Virus record (IMG/VR): IMGVR_UViG_3300008259_004660
Coordinates: 32,001-96,000 of that record
Length of the DNA stretch: 64,000 bases
Source: a virus
Reading direction: 5' to 3' (one strand)
Shown here piece after piece: positions 56,311 through 64,000 of the stretch (its first letter is position 1; each line of letters opens with the position of its first letter). The position numbers and the translations under genes were made by a program. The notes beneath the pieces were generated by a model. The model did not search any database, had not been told where the DNA came from, and was given only the letters and a program-made list of their open reading frames with translations.

Positions 56311-56607
56311 ATGATTAATCCTCCCAACACTGTTATCTTCCAATATGTCCGCAATCGGCGGCGGCAGAAGGTCGGCGTCGTTGCCGCTTTGAAGCGAAGC
56401 GACAACACGGTCGGTCTCGGTTATAGTCTTTGCGCTACCAATCGGGGCGACACTTTCAATCCTACCACCGCGCTAAACATCGCGCTTGGTCGGGCTGATA
56501 CCTTCCCCCATTTTGAGTGCAAGGAGATTCCGCAGAGCGTGGAGAAGGACTGGAGCGAGATCTATGATCGCGCCGTCCGCTACTTCAAGGGCTGCGAGAT
56601 CGGTTAA
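56311..56607 (+). CDS. Conserved phage hypothetical protein
   Basis: GLGYSLC..RGDTFN..ALNIALGRA. Confidence 0.65.
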   Translation: MINPPNTVIFQYVRNRRRQKVGVVAALKRSDNTVGLGYSLCATNRGDTFNPTTALNIALGRADTFPHFECKEIPQSVEKDWSEIYDRAVRYFKGCEIG

Positions 56608-56688
56608 AGTTTCCACGGTGGGGAGCGCATACCAGTTCACGCTCACTTTTTTCTTTACTTTTAATAAAAATCTGTCAGTGTTTGCACC

Positions 56689-56913
56689 ATGAACTCTGCC
56701 ACCATCTCCAACAACGAAGTTGCTGCTGTCTACTCTGCTCGCGATGGACGCGAGTATCTGACCATCGACATTCCCAATGGTTGGGATGATGTCAAGAAGC
56801 TGACCAAGAAGGTGCTGACCTACAACGGCAGCAAGTTCGTGTTCACGGGTTGGAACAGCGACACGCTCAAGTGCTACTTTGTTGGCACAAAGAATGTGGC
56901 GACGATTTCTTAA
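56689..56913 (+). CDS. Hypothetical protein
   Basis: Promoter cassette, CACC-ATG. Confidence 0.65.
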   Translation: MNSATISNNEVAAVYSARDGREYLTIDIPNGWDDVKKLTKKVLTYNGSKFVFTGWNSDTLKCYFVGTKNVATIS

Positions 56914-56956
56914 CTTTTTTCTTTACTTTTAATAAAAACCTGTCACTGTATTCACC

Positions 56957-57262
56957 ATGAACTCCACCATTACCTTCGCTGACGCTGGGCTGTTTGCTAT
57001 CGCCGTGACCGCCCTTGAGATGGATGCAACTCCTCCCTACACCGTGGACGAGGACACTCTCACCATCAACGCCGAGGACATTGATGGTGTGGTGGACATT
57101 CTCCACGACAACGGTATCTTCAACTTCATCTGCTATCGCGCCGATGGCGACACGGAGCACGATCAGTTCCGCAGTGATGCGGAGGCTGATGCCGATGCCC
57201 TCGCCTCTGCTGGATTCGGCACTGATGAGGACTATGGCTACTACGGTGGCGACGATGAGTAA
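56957..57262 (+). CDS. Acidic hypothetical protein
   Basis: CACC-ATG; DADALASAGFGTDEDYGYYG tail. Confidence 0.65.
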   Translation: MNSTITFADAGLFAIAVTALEMDATPPYTVDEDTLTINAEDIDGVVDILHDNGIFNFICYRADGDTEHDQFRSDAEADADALASAGFGTDEDYGYYGGDDE

Positions 57263-57458
57263 GATGGTTGGCCCCGCCAGCTTGGACGACATCCTTAATG
57301 GGCCTCGTCCAAGACTGGTGGGTCGGTTGGTGTTTGACCACAAGACCGCGCCGAGCTTGATGCTCCTCACAGAAGATCAAGCAAAAGCACATGACAAGGC
57401 AACACGCCGAGCAGGTTATGGCACTTGTTTAAAAAGAGTTTCGCCACACCGTTCTTGA
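57255..57458 (+). CDS. Hypothetical protein
   Basis: ATG 57255 overlapping previous stop. Confidence 0.5.
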   Translation: MSKMVGPASLDDILNGPRPRLVGRLVFDHKTAPSLMLLTEDQAKAHDKATRRAGYGTCLKRVSPHRS

Positions 57459-57491
57459 CTTTAATTAAAAAATAATCATCATTTCATCACA

Positions 57492-57788
57492 ATGAGCTAC
57501 AACATCTCTAGTTGCTTGATCAAGTCGTCTGCGATTACCAGCCATCCTAATGGTGAACTGACCACACGAGCTTTTGTTAATTATTTTGACAATCAGTTTG
57601 TTGGAAAGTTCAGTCCTGTCAAAGTGGAAAAGCTTGATATTACCAATTCAAATGGTGTAAGTTTTTTTAAGCGTGATGCTGATATCAGCGTTTCTGCTCT
57701 TCGCGCCATTGCTGCTGGTTTAATTGAAATTGCCGATAGTGCTGAACAGGCGCATGCTCGTATGGCTGAATTGAACAAGAAGGCTTGA
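57492..57788 (+). CDS. Hypothetical protein
   Basis: Promoter cassette at about 57456. Confidence 0.65.
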   Translation: MSYNISSCLIKSSAITSHPNGELTTRAFVNYFDNQFVGKFSPVKVEKLDITNSNGVSFFKRDADISVSALRAIAAGLIEIADSAEQAHARMAELNKKA

Positions 57789-57821
57789 CATTGGTTAAAA
57801 CAACATTCAATCTATCTACCT

Positions 57822-58511
57822 ATGCCTAATTGGTGCTCAAACACAATCGTTGTTAGTGGTGAAGCTGCTGATGTTGTCGAATTCAATGAGTGGCTTGGCG
57901 ATGGCAAGGCTCTGCTGTCCAAGATCAATCCTACGCCAACACAGTTGACTGAAACTACCGCTGGGTTTCACGGTGATCCTGAAAAGCAAAAAGAGCTTGA
58001 AAAGCAAGAGCAATCTAATCTTGAACAGTTTGGTCACAAGAACTGGTATGATTGGAACATTGCCAATTGGGGAACCAAGTGGGATGTTGATGCTGAAGTG
58101 GATGATGTCAGCAGCATTAATGAACAGATTATTTTTAGTTTTGAAAGTGCTTGGGCTCCACCGCAGCGTGCCATCTCTGCTATTGCTGAAAAGTTCAACA
58201 AGTTGACCATTCGTCATTCTTATCTTGAAGAGGGTGTTGGTTTCGTTGGATATGATTTGTATGAGAAGGGCGAGTTAGCCAACGAAGAATACAATGAGGA
58301 CTCTGATAGTGATGCTTGGAAGCAGCTTGCGCAGGATGAATTTGGTTGGGAGCCTTGGCCCGACGATGATACTGAACTGGAGCAGGTTGAAGTCACGGAA
58401 GTTCCAAAGCCTGCTGAAAAGCCTGCCAAGAAAAAGGTGAAGAAGACTGCTGTCAAAAAGACTTCCAAGAAAACGACAAAGAAAGTCGCAAAGAAGAAAA
58501 AGAAGAAGTAA
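57822..58511 (+). CDS. DUF1281/Api92-like protein with Lys-rich tail
   Basis: MPNWCSN ... WYDWNIANWGTKWD ... FESAWAPP ... YLEEG. Confidence 0.75.
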   Translation: MPNWCSNTIVVSGEAADVVEFNEWLGDGKALLSKINPTPTQLTETTAGFHGDPEKQKELEKQEQSNLEQFGHKNWYDWNIANWGTKWDVDAEVDDVSSINEQIIFSFESAWAPPQRAISAIAEKFNKLTIRHSYLEEGVGFVGYDLYEKGELANEEYNEDSDSDAWKQLAQDEFGWEPWPDDDTELEQVEVTEVPKPAEKPAKKKVKKTAVKKTSKKTTKKVAKKKKKK

Positions 58512-58537
58512 AATTTGGTGAGGTAGGTGTTCATAGT

Positions 58538-58571
58538 GGCGGGGGAGCGTAGTGGCTCCCCCGCCTTTTTT
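58538..58571 (+). terminator. Intrinsic terminator (copy 1)
   Basis: ggcgggggagc/gctcccccgcc stem plus T-run. Confidence 0.85.
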
Positions 58572-58610
58572 CTTGACTAACTTTAATTTTTAATCTTTAA
58601 TAAGAGCAAC

Positions 58611-58844
58611 ATGGACACCAAAGAATTTAATCGCGATCAATTGAAAAAATGCTTTCTTGATCTTTCAATACGAGCAAAAGAACTGAATGAACCCTACATC
58701 CAAAGTGTAGCAATGGTTCTTGCCGCATCAATTGCAGAAGAAAGTGATGCTGCTCTTGCTATTTGGGTAGGTGAGTTTGCCAAGATGAGAATTGATGACA
58801 TTGAAGATCAGATATTTGGTGAAGAAGATGAAAATGCGCCTTGA
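58611..58844 (+). CDS. Hypothetical protein
   Basis: Promoter cassette; stop in next -35 box. Confidence 0.6.
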   Translation: MDTKEFNRDQLKKCFLDLSIRAKELNEPYIQSVAMVLAASIAEESDAALAIWVGEFAKMRIDDIEDQIFGEEDENAP

Positions 58845-58878
58845 CTTTTGATAAAAAAGAATCATAGTTATCAGCACT

Positions 58879-59013
58879 ATGAAGATGAACACCACTATCA
58901 AGATTCGCAGCCAATTCACCTCTGGTCTTAATTTGGGTGGCTGCACCCACAAGACCAAGAAGGGCAAAGGCAGTTATTCTCGCAAAGCCAAGTATGGCAA
59001 TCGTTGGGAGTAA
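58879..59013 (+). CDS. arfA: ArfA-like alternative ribosome-rescue factor, 44 aa (not in ORF track)
   Basis: HKTKKGKGSYSRKAKYGNRWE matches the ArfA KKGKGSYxRKxK motif; own promoter and CACT-ATG. Confidence 0.65.
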   Translation: MKMNTTIKIRSQFTSGLNLGGCTHKTKKGKGSYSRKAKYGNRWE

Positions 59014-59033
59014 AATAAATTATTTCAAAGATT

Positions 59034-59309
59034 ATGAAACTGTACATCGCCAAATGGCCCAATGGAACCATCAGCATTCTTAATGCTTCAAGCAAAAAGG
59101 ATCTGTTCTTCAAATTGGACGAAGAAGGTGATCCTAATGAAGCTGAAATCACTTGTTTGAATTTTGAAGATAGCATTCATATCATCACAGAATTCAAAAA
59201 GAATGAAAATGGTATTGTTGAAATCGTGGATGATGTTCACCCAGAATTGAATTGGGATCTTGGTGAAACTAGTATTGATGCCGACGCAAAAATGATTTCA
59301 TTTGCTTGA
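59034..59309 (+). CDS. Hypothetical protein
   Basis: 91-aa ORF. Confidence 0.65.
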   Translation: MKLYIAKWPNGTISILNASSKKDLFFKLDEEGDPNEAEITCLNFEDSIHIITEFKKNENGIVEIVDDVHPELNWDLGETSIDADAKMISFA

Positions 59310-59343
59310 CTTTCATAAAAATTAGTTCAACCTTACCCAAGTT

Positions 59344-59631
59344 ATGAAAAACACCATCAAGTTCACCACGCCTGTTATATTTGGTTTGTCTACTGTTTTG
59401 GCCGACATCAACTCACTTGAATGTGCCATTGATGTTCAGAACAAGATCATCTACACTAATGATGTGGATGGATTCAAAACTGCATTTGATAATGGCGGTA
59501 TTGACCCCGAGGAATTTATTGTTGAGTCTGCCAACAAAGCAGATTACAACAAATTGATCAAGAAGCTTGAAGCTGAAAAGATCAAGGAAGAACAAGCTAA
59601 TGTAGCGTCTGATCTTGACATTTCAGAATAA
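59344..59631 (+). CDS. Hypothetical protein
   Basis: Promoter at 59306. Confidence 0.6.
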   Translation: MKNTIKFTTPVIFGLSTVLADINSLECAIDVQNKIIYTNDVDGFKTAFDNGGIDPEEFIVESANKADYNKLIKKLEAEKIKEEQANVASDLDISE

Positions 59632-59650
59632 AATATCATAGTTCAACAAT

Positions 59651-59995
59651 ATGAACATACTAGCACCCTCATTAATCAACAAGAATGCCGTGGTCAATGG
59701 ACCCAAGGTGGGTGATATTCTTTGCAGCACATATGGCTACGATGCTTGCATCGCCCATTTTGCCAAGGTAGTTGAAGTAACCAAGGCTAGTGTGAAGTTG
59801 GAACTGCTTGGTACCATTGATAATTACACAAGCCCAATGACTTGGGACAGCAAGCCAGACATTAATTCGTCTGGCGGCACTGTGGTAACGAAGCGATTCA
59901 AGGCCAATGGTGACAGCTATAAGGTCAAGGATACCAGCTGTGCCACGTTTTATCCTTGGTGCGGCAAGCCCATCAACTGCTACAACTATCATTAA
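59651..59995 (+). CDS. Hypothetical protein
   Basis: VGDILCSTYGYD...F.KVV pattern. Confidence 0.7.
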   Translation: MNILAPSLINKNAVVNGPKVGDILCSTYGYDACIAHFAKVVEVTKASVKLELLGTIDNYTSPMTWDSKPDINSSGGTVVTKRFKANGDSYKVKDTSCATFYPWCGKPINCYNYH

Positions 59996-60021
59996 AACAA
60001 TTGGTTAGGGTGTTCATGGAT

Positions 60022-60056
60022 GGCGGGGGAGCGTGGTGGCTCCCCCGCCTTTTTTT
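60022..60056 (+). terminator. Intrinsic terminator (copy 2)
   Basis: Same stem as 58538; loop differs by one base. Confidence 0.85.
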
Positions 60057-60102
60057 CAACTTTGTGCTTGAATTATTAAATTAATTTGGTCATAGTATTC
60101 TC

Positions 60103-60351
60103 ATGATGAACACCACCCTCACCGCCGATCAAGTCGCCCTCAATGCCTATCTCGCCGCCAAGAACGCGGAGTTTGAGGCTAAGTGCATTGCCGAGGGTGC
60201 AACGTTTTGGTGCGTCAGCGCCGTCACCGCCGCTGACCTTGCGGAGTATGGGGTATACACCGTTGAGCAATACAAGGTGTGGCGTGAGGAGCAGGATGCT
60301 CTGATTGACGCCAAGGAAGCTCGCAAAGCGAGCTATGGGTGGGGCGAGTAA
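60103..60351 (+). CDS. Hypothetical protein
   Basis: 82-aa ORF. Confidence 0.65.
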   Translation: MMNTTLTADQVALNAYLAAKNAEFEAKCIAEGATFWCVSAVTAADLAEYGVYTVEQYKVWREEQDALIDAKEARKASYGWGE

Positions 60352-60854
60352 GGTAACCCCCATACGGTAGGGGTGGGGGAGTGGGGGTCAAACGCGGCTT
60401 TACCCCCCACCCACCCCCCCGTTAGGTGGGGGTTTAGGTGTCTTCTAGGTGGGGTAAACCCCCCACCCCCCTACCGGGGCATATACGTTTTATTGTCGTG
60501 GTCAATTTTTCATATCCATTTTTCATATATACGTTTTATAGTTTTTTCGTATATTACTTTTTCGCCATATATCCTCTTTTTTCAAATTTTAAAATTTTTG
60601 AATTTTTTGTTGATGGATTTTTGTATATACCATAATTTGTATTATGTGCATATAATTGAACAATTGTTGTATATGTGTTTAATTGTTTGTTCAATTGTTG
60701 TTCTTTGATTTGGTTTTTATTGAATATGTCAAATAAGGTTTTACCTTTTTAAACTTTTTCAATCAGTATGTAAAAATTCAGAATTTGCACAGGCTAAAAA
60801 TTTAGTTAATGAATTTTTGTATATACTATAGAGGATTTATATTTATTATGATAT
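60352..60854. other. Non-coding G/C-tract hairpin cluster followed by T-skewed AT-rich tract (candidate origin or terminal region)
   Basis: cggtaggggtggggg 60365 pairs with cccccacccccctaccg ending 60476; nested hairpins; 13-bp direct repeat atatacgttttat at 60481 and 60527. Confidence 0.4.
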
Positions 60855-62882
60855 ATGCCTAGTATAGTAACCAGTAGTCTGCAATTATATCTTATAGCTT
60901 CAAATACTGGAAGCTATCCTACTTCTGGTTCTGTATGGACTGATTTAAGTCCTAATGGGTATAGTACAGATATTATTGGTGGCCCATCTTTTAATACTAC
61001 ACATTTTAGTTTTGATGGTAGCGTTGAATATGTTGATACCAATCAAAGTTTAAGTTCTGAAACATTCTCTGTTGGCGCGTGGTTTAGATCATCTGCGGGT
61101 GGTGTAAAGATGATATTGTCCAAAGAGACCACAGGTGGTTGGCCTTGGAATTATCGCATATGGTTGAATGGTGGAACGATTATTGGTGATATTGCTCTTT
61201 CTGGTGGTCAAAGTCAAACTATAAGCAGTACACTTACCAATTACAACAATGGGTCTTGGTATTATGTGATGTTTACCCGAGATGATTCCAATTTATATTT
61301 GTATGTAAATGGCGTCCAAATAAAGACACAAGCGGATACAATGGTGGGTAGCATAACAAATGCTCAAGAATTATGGATTGGTCGCAGCGCATTTACAGCC
61401 GGTGGTGTTAATCCAAATGGAAGTTATCAATATGTTGGTGATATTGCTGAAGTATTCATATATGATTCTATTTTGACATCGGGTGAAGTGTTGCAGAATT
61501 TTGACGCGACTAAACACACATATTATCCGCCAACTCCAACGCCCACACCAACTCCCACGGAAACGCCCACGCCATCACCCACAGCAACCGCCACGCCGCT
61601 TCCAACCGACACACCAACTCCAACACCAACGCCCACGCCATCACCCACAGCAACCGCCACGCCGCTTCCAACCGACACACCAACTCCAACACCAACGTTG
61701 ACAGAAACACCAACGCCCACGCCATCGGCAACTCCGACACCATTACCAACCGACACACCCACTCCCACTCCCACAAATACGGCAACTCCTACTCCTACAC
61801 CAACTCTTACCGCAACACCAACACCTACTCCTACGCCATACATACAACCAACTCCGGGGTGTCCACAAGTAACAAACAGTGGTAGCATATATTTCAATGG
61901 AACTTCATATGCTGAATTTCAATCCAGTAGTATATGGGCAGTAGGAAGAGGAGATTTTACCTTTGAGTGGTATATGAAAATCACAGGATCAGTTGCATCA
62001 CATCCTACTCAAAGTATATTTTACATGGGAGGACCGGGAGATACACTAGGACATCTTAGTGCAAGAATATATGATGGTGACACAATAAGATTTTCAATGA
62101 ATAATAGATATGTGGCAGAGGGGCATCCATTAAACATATATGATAAATGGACACATATGGCAATTTCTCATCGAAATGACAAATTGTATATTTTTCAAGA
62201 TGGTGTTCTGATTAGTGATTATACTTTGAATATAAATGCAAATGTTACCTCATCATTTCATCCGTTTAGTATTGGCGGCGCTTCAAATTTTGCATCAGTA
62301 TTGTATTATCAGGGATTGTTGACAAATTTTCATTACGTAAAAGGAGTTGGATTGTATGAAGGCGCTGGATACAGTATGGGTGACAAGGTTTTTCAAAAAC
62401 CAATGACGCCAATTCAGCCAGTAGAAGGAACAAAATTATTGTTGCTTGCTGATTATAGTTGCGTTCATCTATATAATTCTGCACCAGATACGCATATCAG
62501 TTCATCAAATCATGGCACGGCATATAACACAGCGCATCCTAATTTGAAAAAGTTCAACGTTCCAATCGGAGAATATTTCTTGGAGGGCGTGCCTAAAATG
62601 AATGATCAGAATTATTATTTGTTTGGGCTTGGAAAAGAAAAAGTGTATCCGCTTGAAGGTGGATTTGAATATGGTGAAAATATCGTGATGAACGCCACGG
62701 AAAAGAAATATAGTTTTGATTATTTTGAAATTCACTCTCCTATTACTGTTGTGAGTAGTGATATGTTCTATATTACAGCTTATGGATTTACCGCTTCGTA
62801 TGATCCAAGAACAGAAGTAAAAATGACTATAGATACTGATGTAAGTGGTAGCAACTCACCAATAATTGCCAGATATAGATAA
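60855..62882 (+). CDS. LamG/concanavalin-like domain + PT linker + second LamG-like domain (probable virion lectin-like protein)
   Basis: [45 protein letters not shown]; [24 protein letters not shown]. Confidence 0.78.
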   Translation: MPSIVTSSLQLYLIASNTGSYPTSGSVWTDLSPNGYSTDIIGGPSFNTTHFSFDGSVEYVDTNQSLSSETFSVGAWFRSSAGGVKMILSKETTGGWPWNYRIWLNGGTIIGDIALSGGQSQTISSTLTNYNNGSWYYVMFTRDDSNLYLYVNGVQIKTQADTMVGSITNAQELWIGRSAFTAGGVNPNGSYQYVGDIAEVFIYDSILTSGEVLQNFDATKHTYYPPTPTPTPTPTETPTPSPTATATPLPTDTPTPTPTPTPSPTATATPLPTDTPTPTPTLTETPTPTPSATPTPLPTDTPTPTPTNTATPTPTPTLTATPTPTPTPYIQPTPGCPQVTNSGSIYFNGTSYAEFQSSSIWAVGRGDFTFEWYMKITGSVASHPTQSIFYMGGPGDTLGHLSARIYDGDTIRFSMNNRYVAEGHPLNIYDKWTHMAISHRNDKLYIFQDGVLISDYTLNINANVTSSFHPFSIGGASNFASVLYYQGLLTNFHYVKGVGLYEGAGYSMGDKVFQKPMTPIQPVEGTKLLLLADYSCVHLYNSAPDTHISSSNHGTAYNTAHPNLKKFNVPIGEYFLEGVPKMNDQNYYLFGLGKEKVYPLEGGFEYGENIVMNATEKKYSFDYFEIHSPITVVSSDMFYITAYGFTASYDPRTEVKMTIDTDVSGSNSPIIARYR

Positions 62883-62892
62883 TTATGTATAT

Positions 62893-63069
62893 ATGAATCC
62901 AAATATCAAAGAAATCGGACATGTTATCAAACAGATGCAAGTTTTGGGAGGGTCATCAAAAGCTCCCACTTTTAATCAAGCGGCAGCAAATATTGTGAAG
63001 CAGGGAATTGATCAAAAACGAGAAGAGCAAAAGCAAAATGTTCCACAGAATCATAAACCCCTAAACTGA
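62893..63069 (+). CDS. Hypothetical protein
   Basis: ATG 62893. Confidence 0.5.
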   Translation: MNPNIKEIGHVIKQMQVLGGSSKAPTFNQAAANIVKQGIDQKREEQKQNVPQNHKPLN

Positions 63070-63112
63070 TTATATTGATGGGGCGTCGTATATTTATATA
63101 TGCGACATTTTT

Positions 63113-64000
63113 ATGGTAAGAACAATTCCACTCAACGGCAATCCAAATGGCCAAGTTTTTGGCACAATTGGTTCATTGATTGAAATGTCGGATGGATTGA
63201 AGTATGTAAAAGTGTCTGACGACTCATTGAATATTGGTTGGGAATCATATAACGCAACTCCGACGCCAACACCAACACCAACTGTTACACCAACACCAAC
63301 TGTTACACCAACACCAACTCCAACTGTTACTCCGGTTTCAACCGCAACACCAACACCAACTCCAACAGGTGCTCCAACATCAACACCAACACCAACTCCA
63401 ACAGTGGGTGGCGGATCAAGAGTTTTGTCATCACTGACTCCTATACAATACGGAAAAAGTTCATGGGATCTTGACGTAGATGGTCCTCTTTATGTTTACA
63501 ACCCAACTCTTATTTTTAGCTCAAGTTTTTGCTATGCAAATTTTGAAATAAATGCGGCATATGGAGGAAATGGTGGAGATGATGATTTCCAAGGAGGACA
63601 AGGAAGCTTTGGAAACAGAATGATATTTGGTGTGATAATGAGTAATTCGGTAGTTTATTCAATATCAAATGGACAAGCTGGTGAAAGTGGCACAACGGGT
63701 ACGGCTAACACCGGCGGAGGGGGTGGAACTACTGGAGCGACTGGTAAAAACGGAGGAGATGGTGGAGATGCTGGACCAGATGGATTTTCGGGTGGAGGTG
63801 GAGGAGGTGGTGGAGCGACTATACTTTTTGGGAATGGGTCTCCGATTGCAATTGTAGGTGGAGGTGGAGGTGGAGGTGGAGGTGGGCAGTATTCACAGGG
63901 ACAAGATGCAAATTGGGGCGTACCATCTTGGAATCCATCTGGGATGGGAGGAACATATTATACTGGAAGTGATGGTGCAGATGCTACCGGAGACGGGGGT
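63113..64000 (+). CDS. Pro/Thr-stalk protein with Gly-rich C-terminal domain (partial, runs off right edge)
   Basis: MVRTIPLNGNPNGQVFGTIGS..YVKVS..NIGWE, PT repeats, GGGGGG-rich domain; frame open to 64000. Confidence 0.8.
   Translation, partial: MVRTIPLNGNPNGQVFGTIGSLIEMSDGLKYVKVSDDSLNIGWESYNATPTPTPTPTVTPTPTVTPTPTPTVTPVSTATPTPTPTGAPTSTPTPTPTVGGGSRVLSSLTPIQYGKSSWDLDVDGPLYVYNPTLIFSSSFCYANFEINAAYGGNGGDDDFQGGQGSFGNRMIFGVIMSNSVVYSISNGQAGESGTTGTANTGGGGGTTGATGKNGGDGGDAGPDGFSGGGGGGGGATILFGNGSPIAIVGGGGGGGGGGQYSQGQDANWGVPSWNPSGMGGTYYTGSDGADATGDGG

Noticed and set aside
1-64000. Eukaryotic giant-virus origin (Kozak-like CACCATG, mucin-like proteins, mitoNEET-like gene)
   Set aside because: Sigma70-type promoters, intrinsic terminators, bacterial SSB, lipobox and Tat signals, CCA-encoded tRNAs including Ile2 all indicate a bacteriophage.
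1-64000. Stop-codon reassignment
   Set aside because: Known enzymes are full length in code 11 and TAA, TGA and TAG all end genes at sensible positions; no suppressor tRNA seen.

Overview
A 64-kb segment of a large, AT-rich dsDNA bacteriophage (jumbo/huge-phage-like), almost entirely on the + strand, standard genetic code, no CRISPR array or integrase seen. Layout: (i) 1-10 kb nucleotide metabolism and conserved large-phage genes (dUTPase, GMP reductase, nucleoside deoxyribosyltransferase-like, SNF2-type helicase, a lipoprotein with coiled coil and 3 TMs); (ii) 10-15.4 kb and 60.8-64 kb six Pro/Thr-stalk proteins, probably virion decoration/fibres, with interchangeable tips (trypsin-like protease plus 6-repeat propeller, LamG-like domains, Gly-rich domain); (iii) 15.4-40.5 kb accessory genes (RNase Z-like MBL, two metallophosphoesterases, ATP-dependent DNA ligase, heme oxygenase plus bilin reductase, ThyX, flavodoxin-like, a DUF1800-DUF1501 pair, ABC-ATPase-GNAT fusion, CDGSH protein, SSB); (iv) 40.9-60.35 kb a visibly GC-richer early-type region of small genes, mostly each with its own TTGACT-N16-YANNNT promoter, a very short SD-less leader and often CACG/CACT/CACC before ATG. 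This region holds five canonical tRNAs, an ArfA-like ribosome rescue peptide and an array of promoter-driven tRNA-like and otherwise unexplained structured RNAs (46.8 kb and 50.7-52.3 kb). Strongest leads: the non-canonical RNA array with boxA-like leaders plus ArfA-like and RNase Z-like genes (possible translation-protection system), phage-borne DUF1800/DUF1501, a bilin pathway in what is probably not a cyanophage, nine co-oriented TTTAGGTACCC motifs, and an orphan MraZ-type box array. The host (possibly Verrucomicrobiota/PVC) is only inferred from the DUF1800/DUF1501 flavour; all family assignments come from motif recognition by eye, not database searches.
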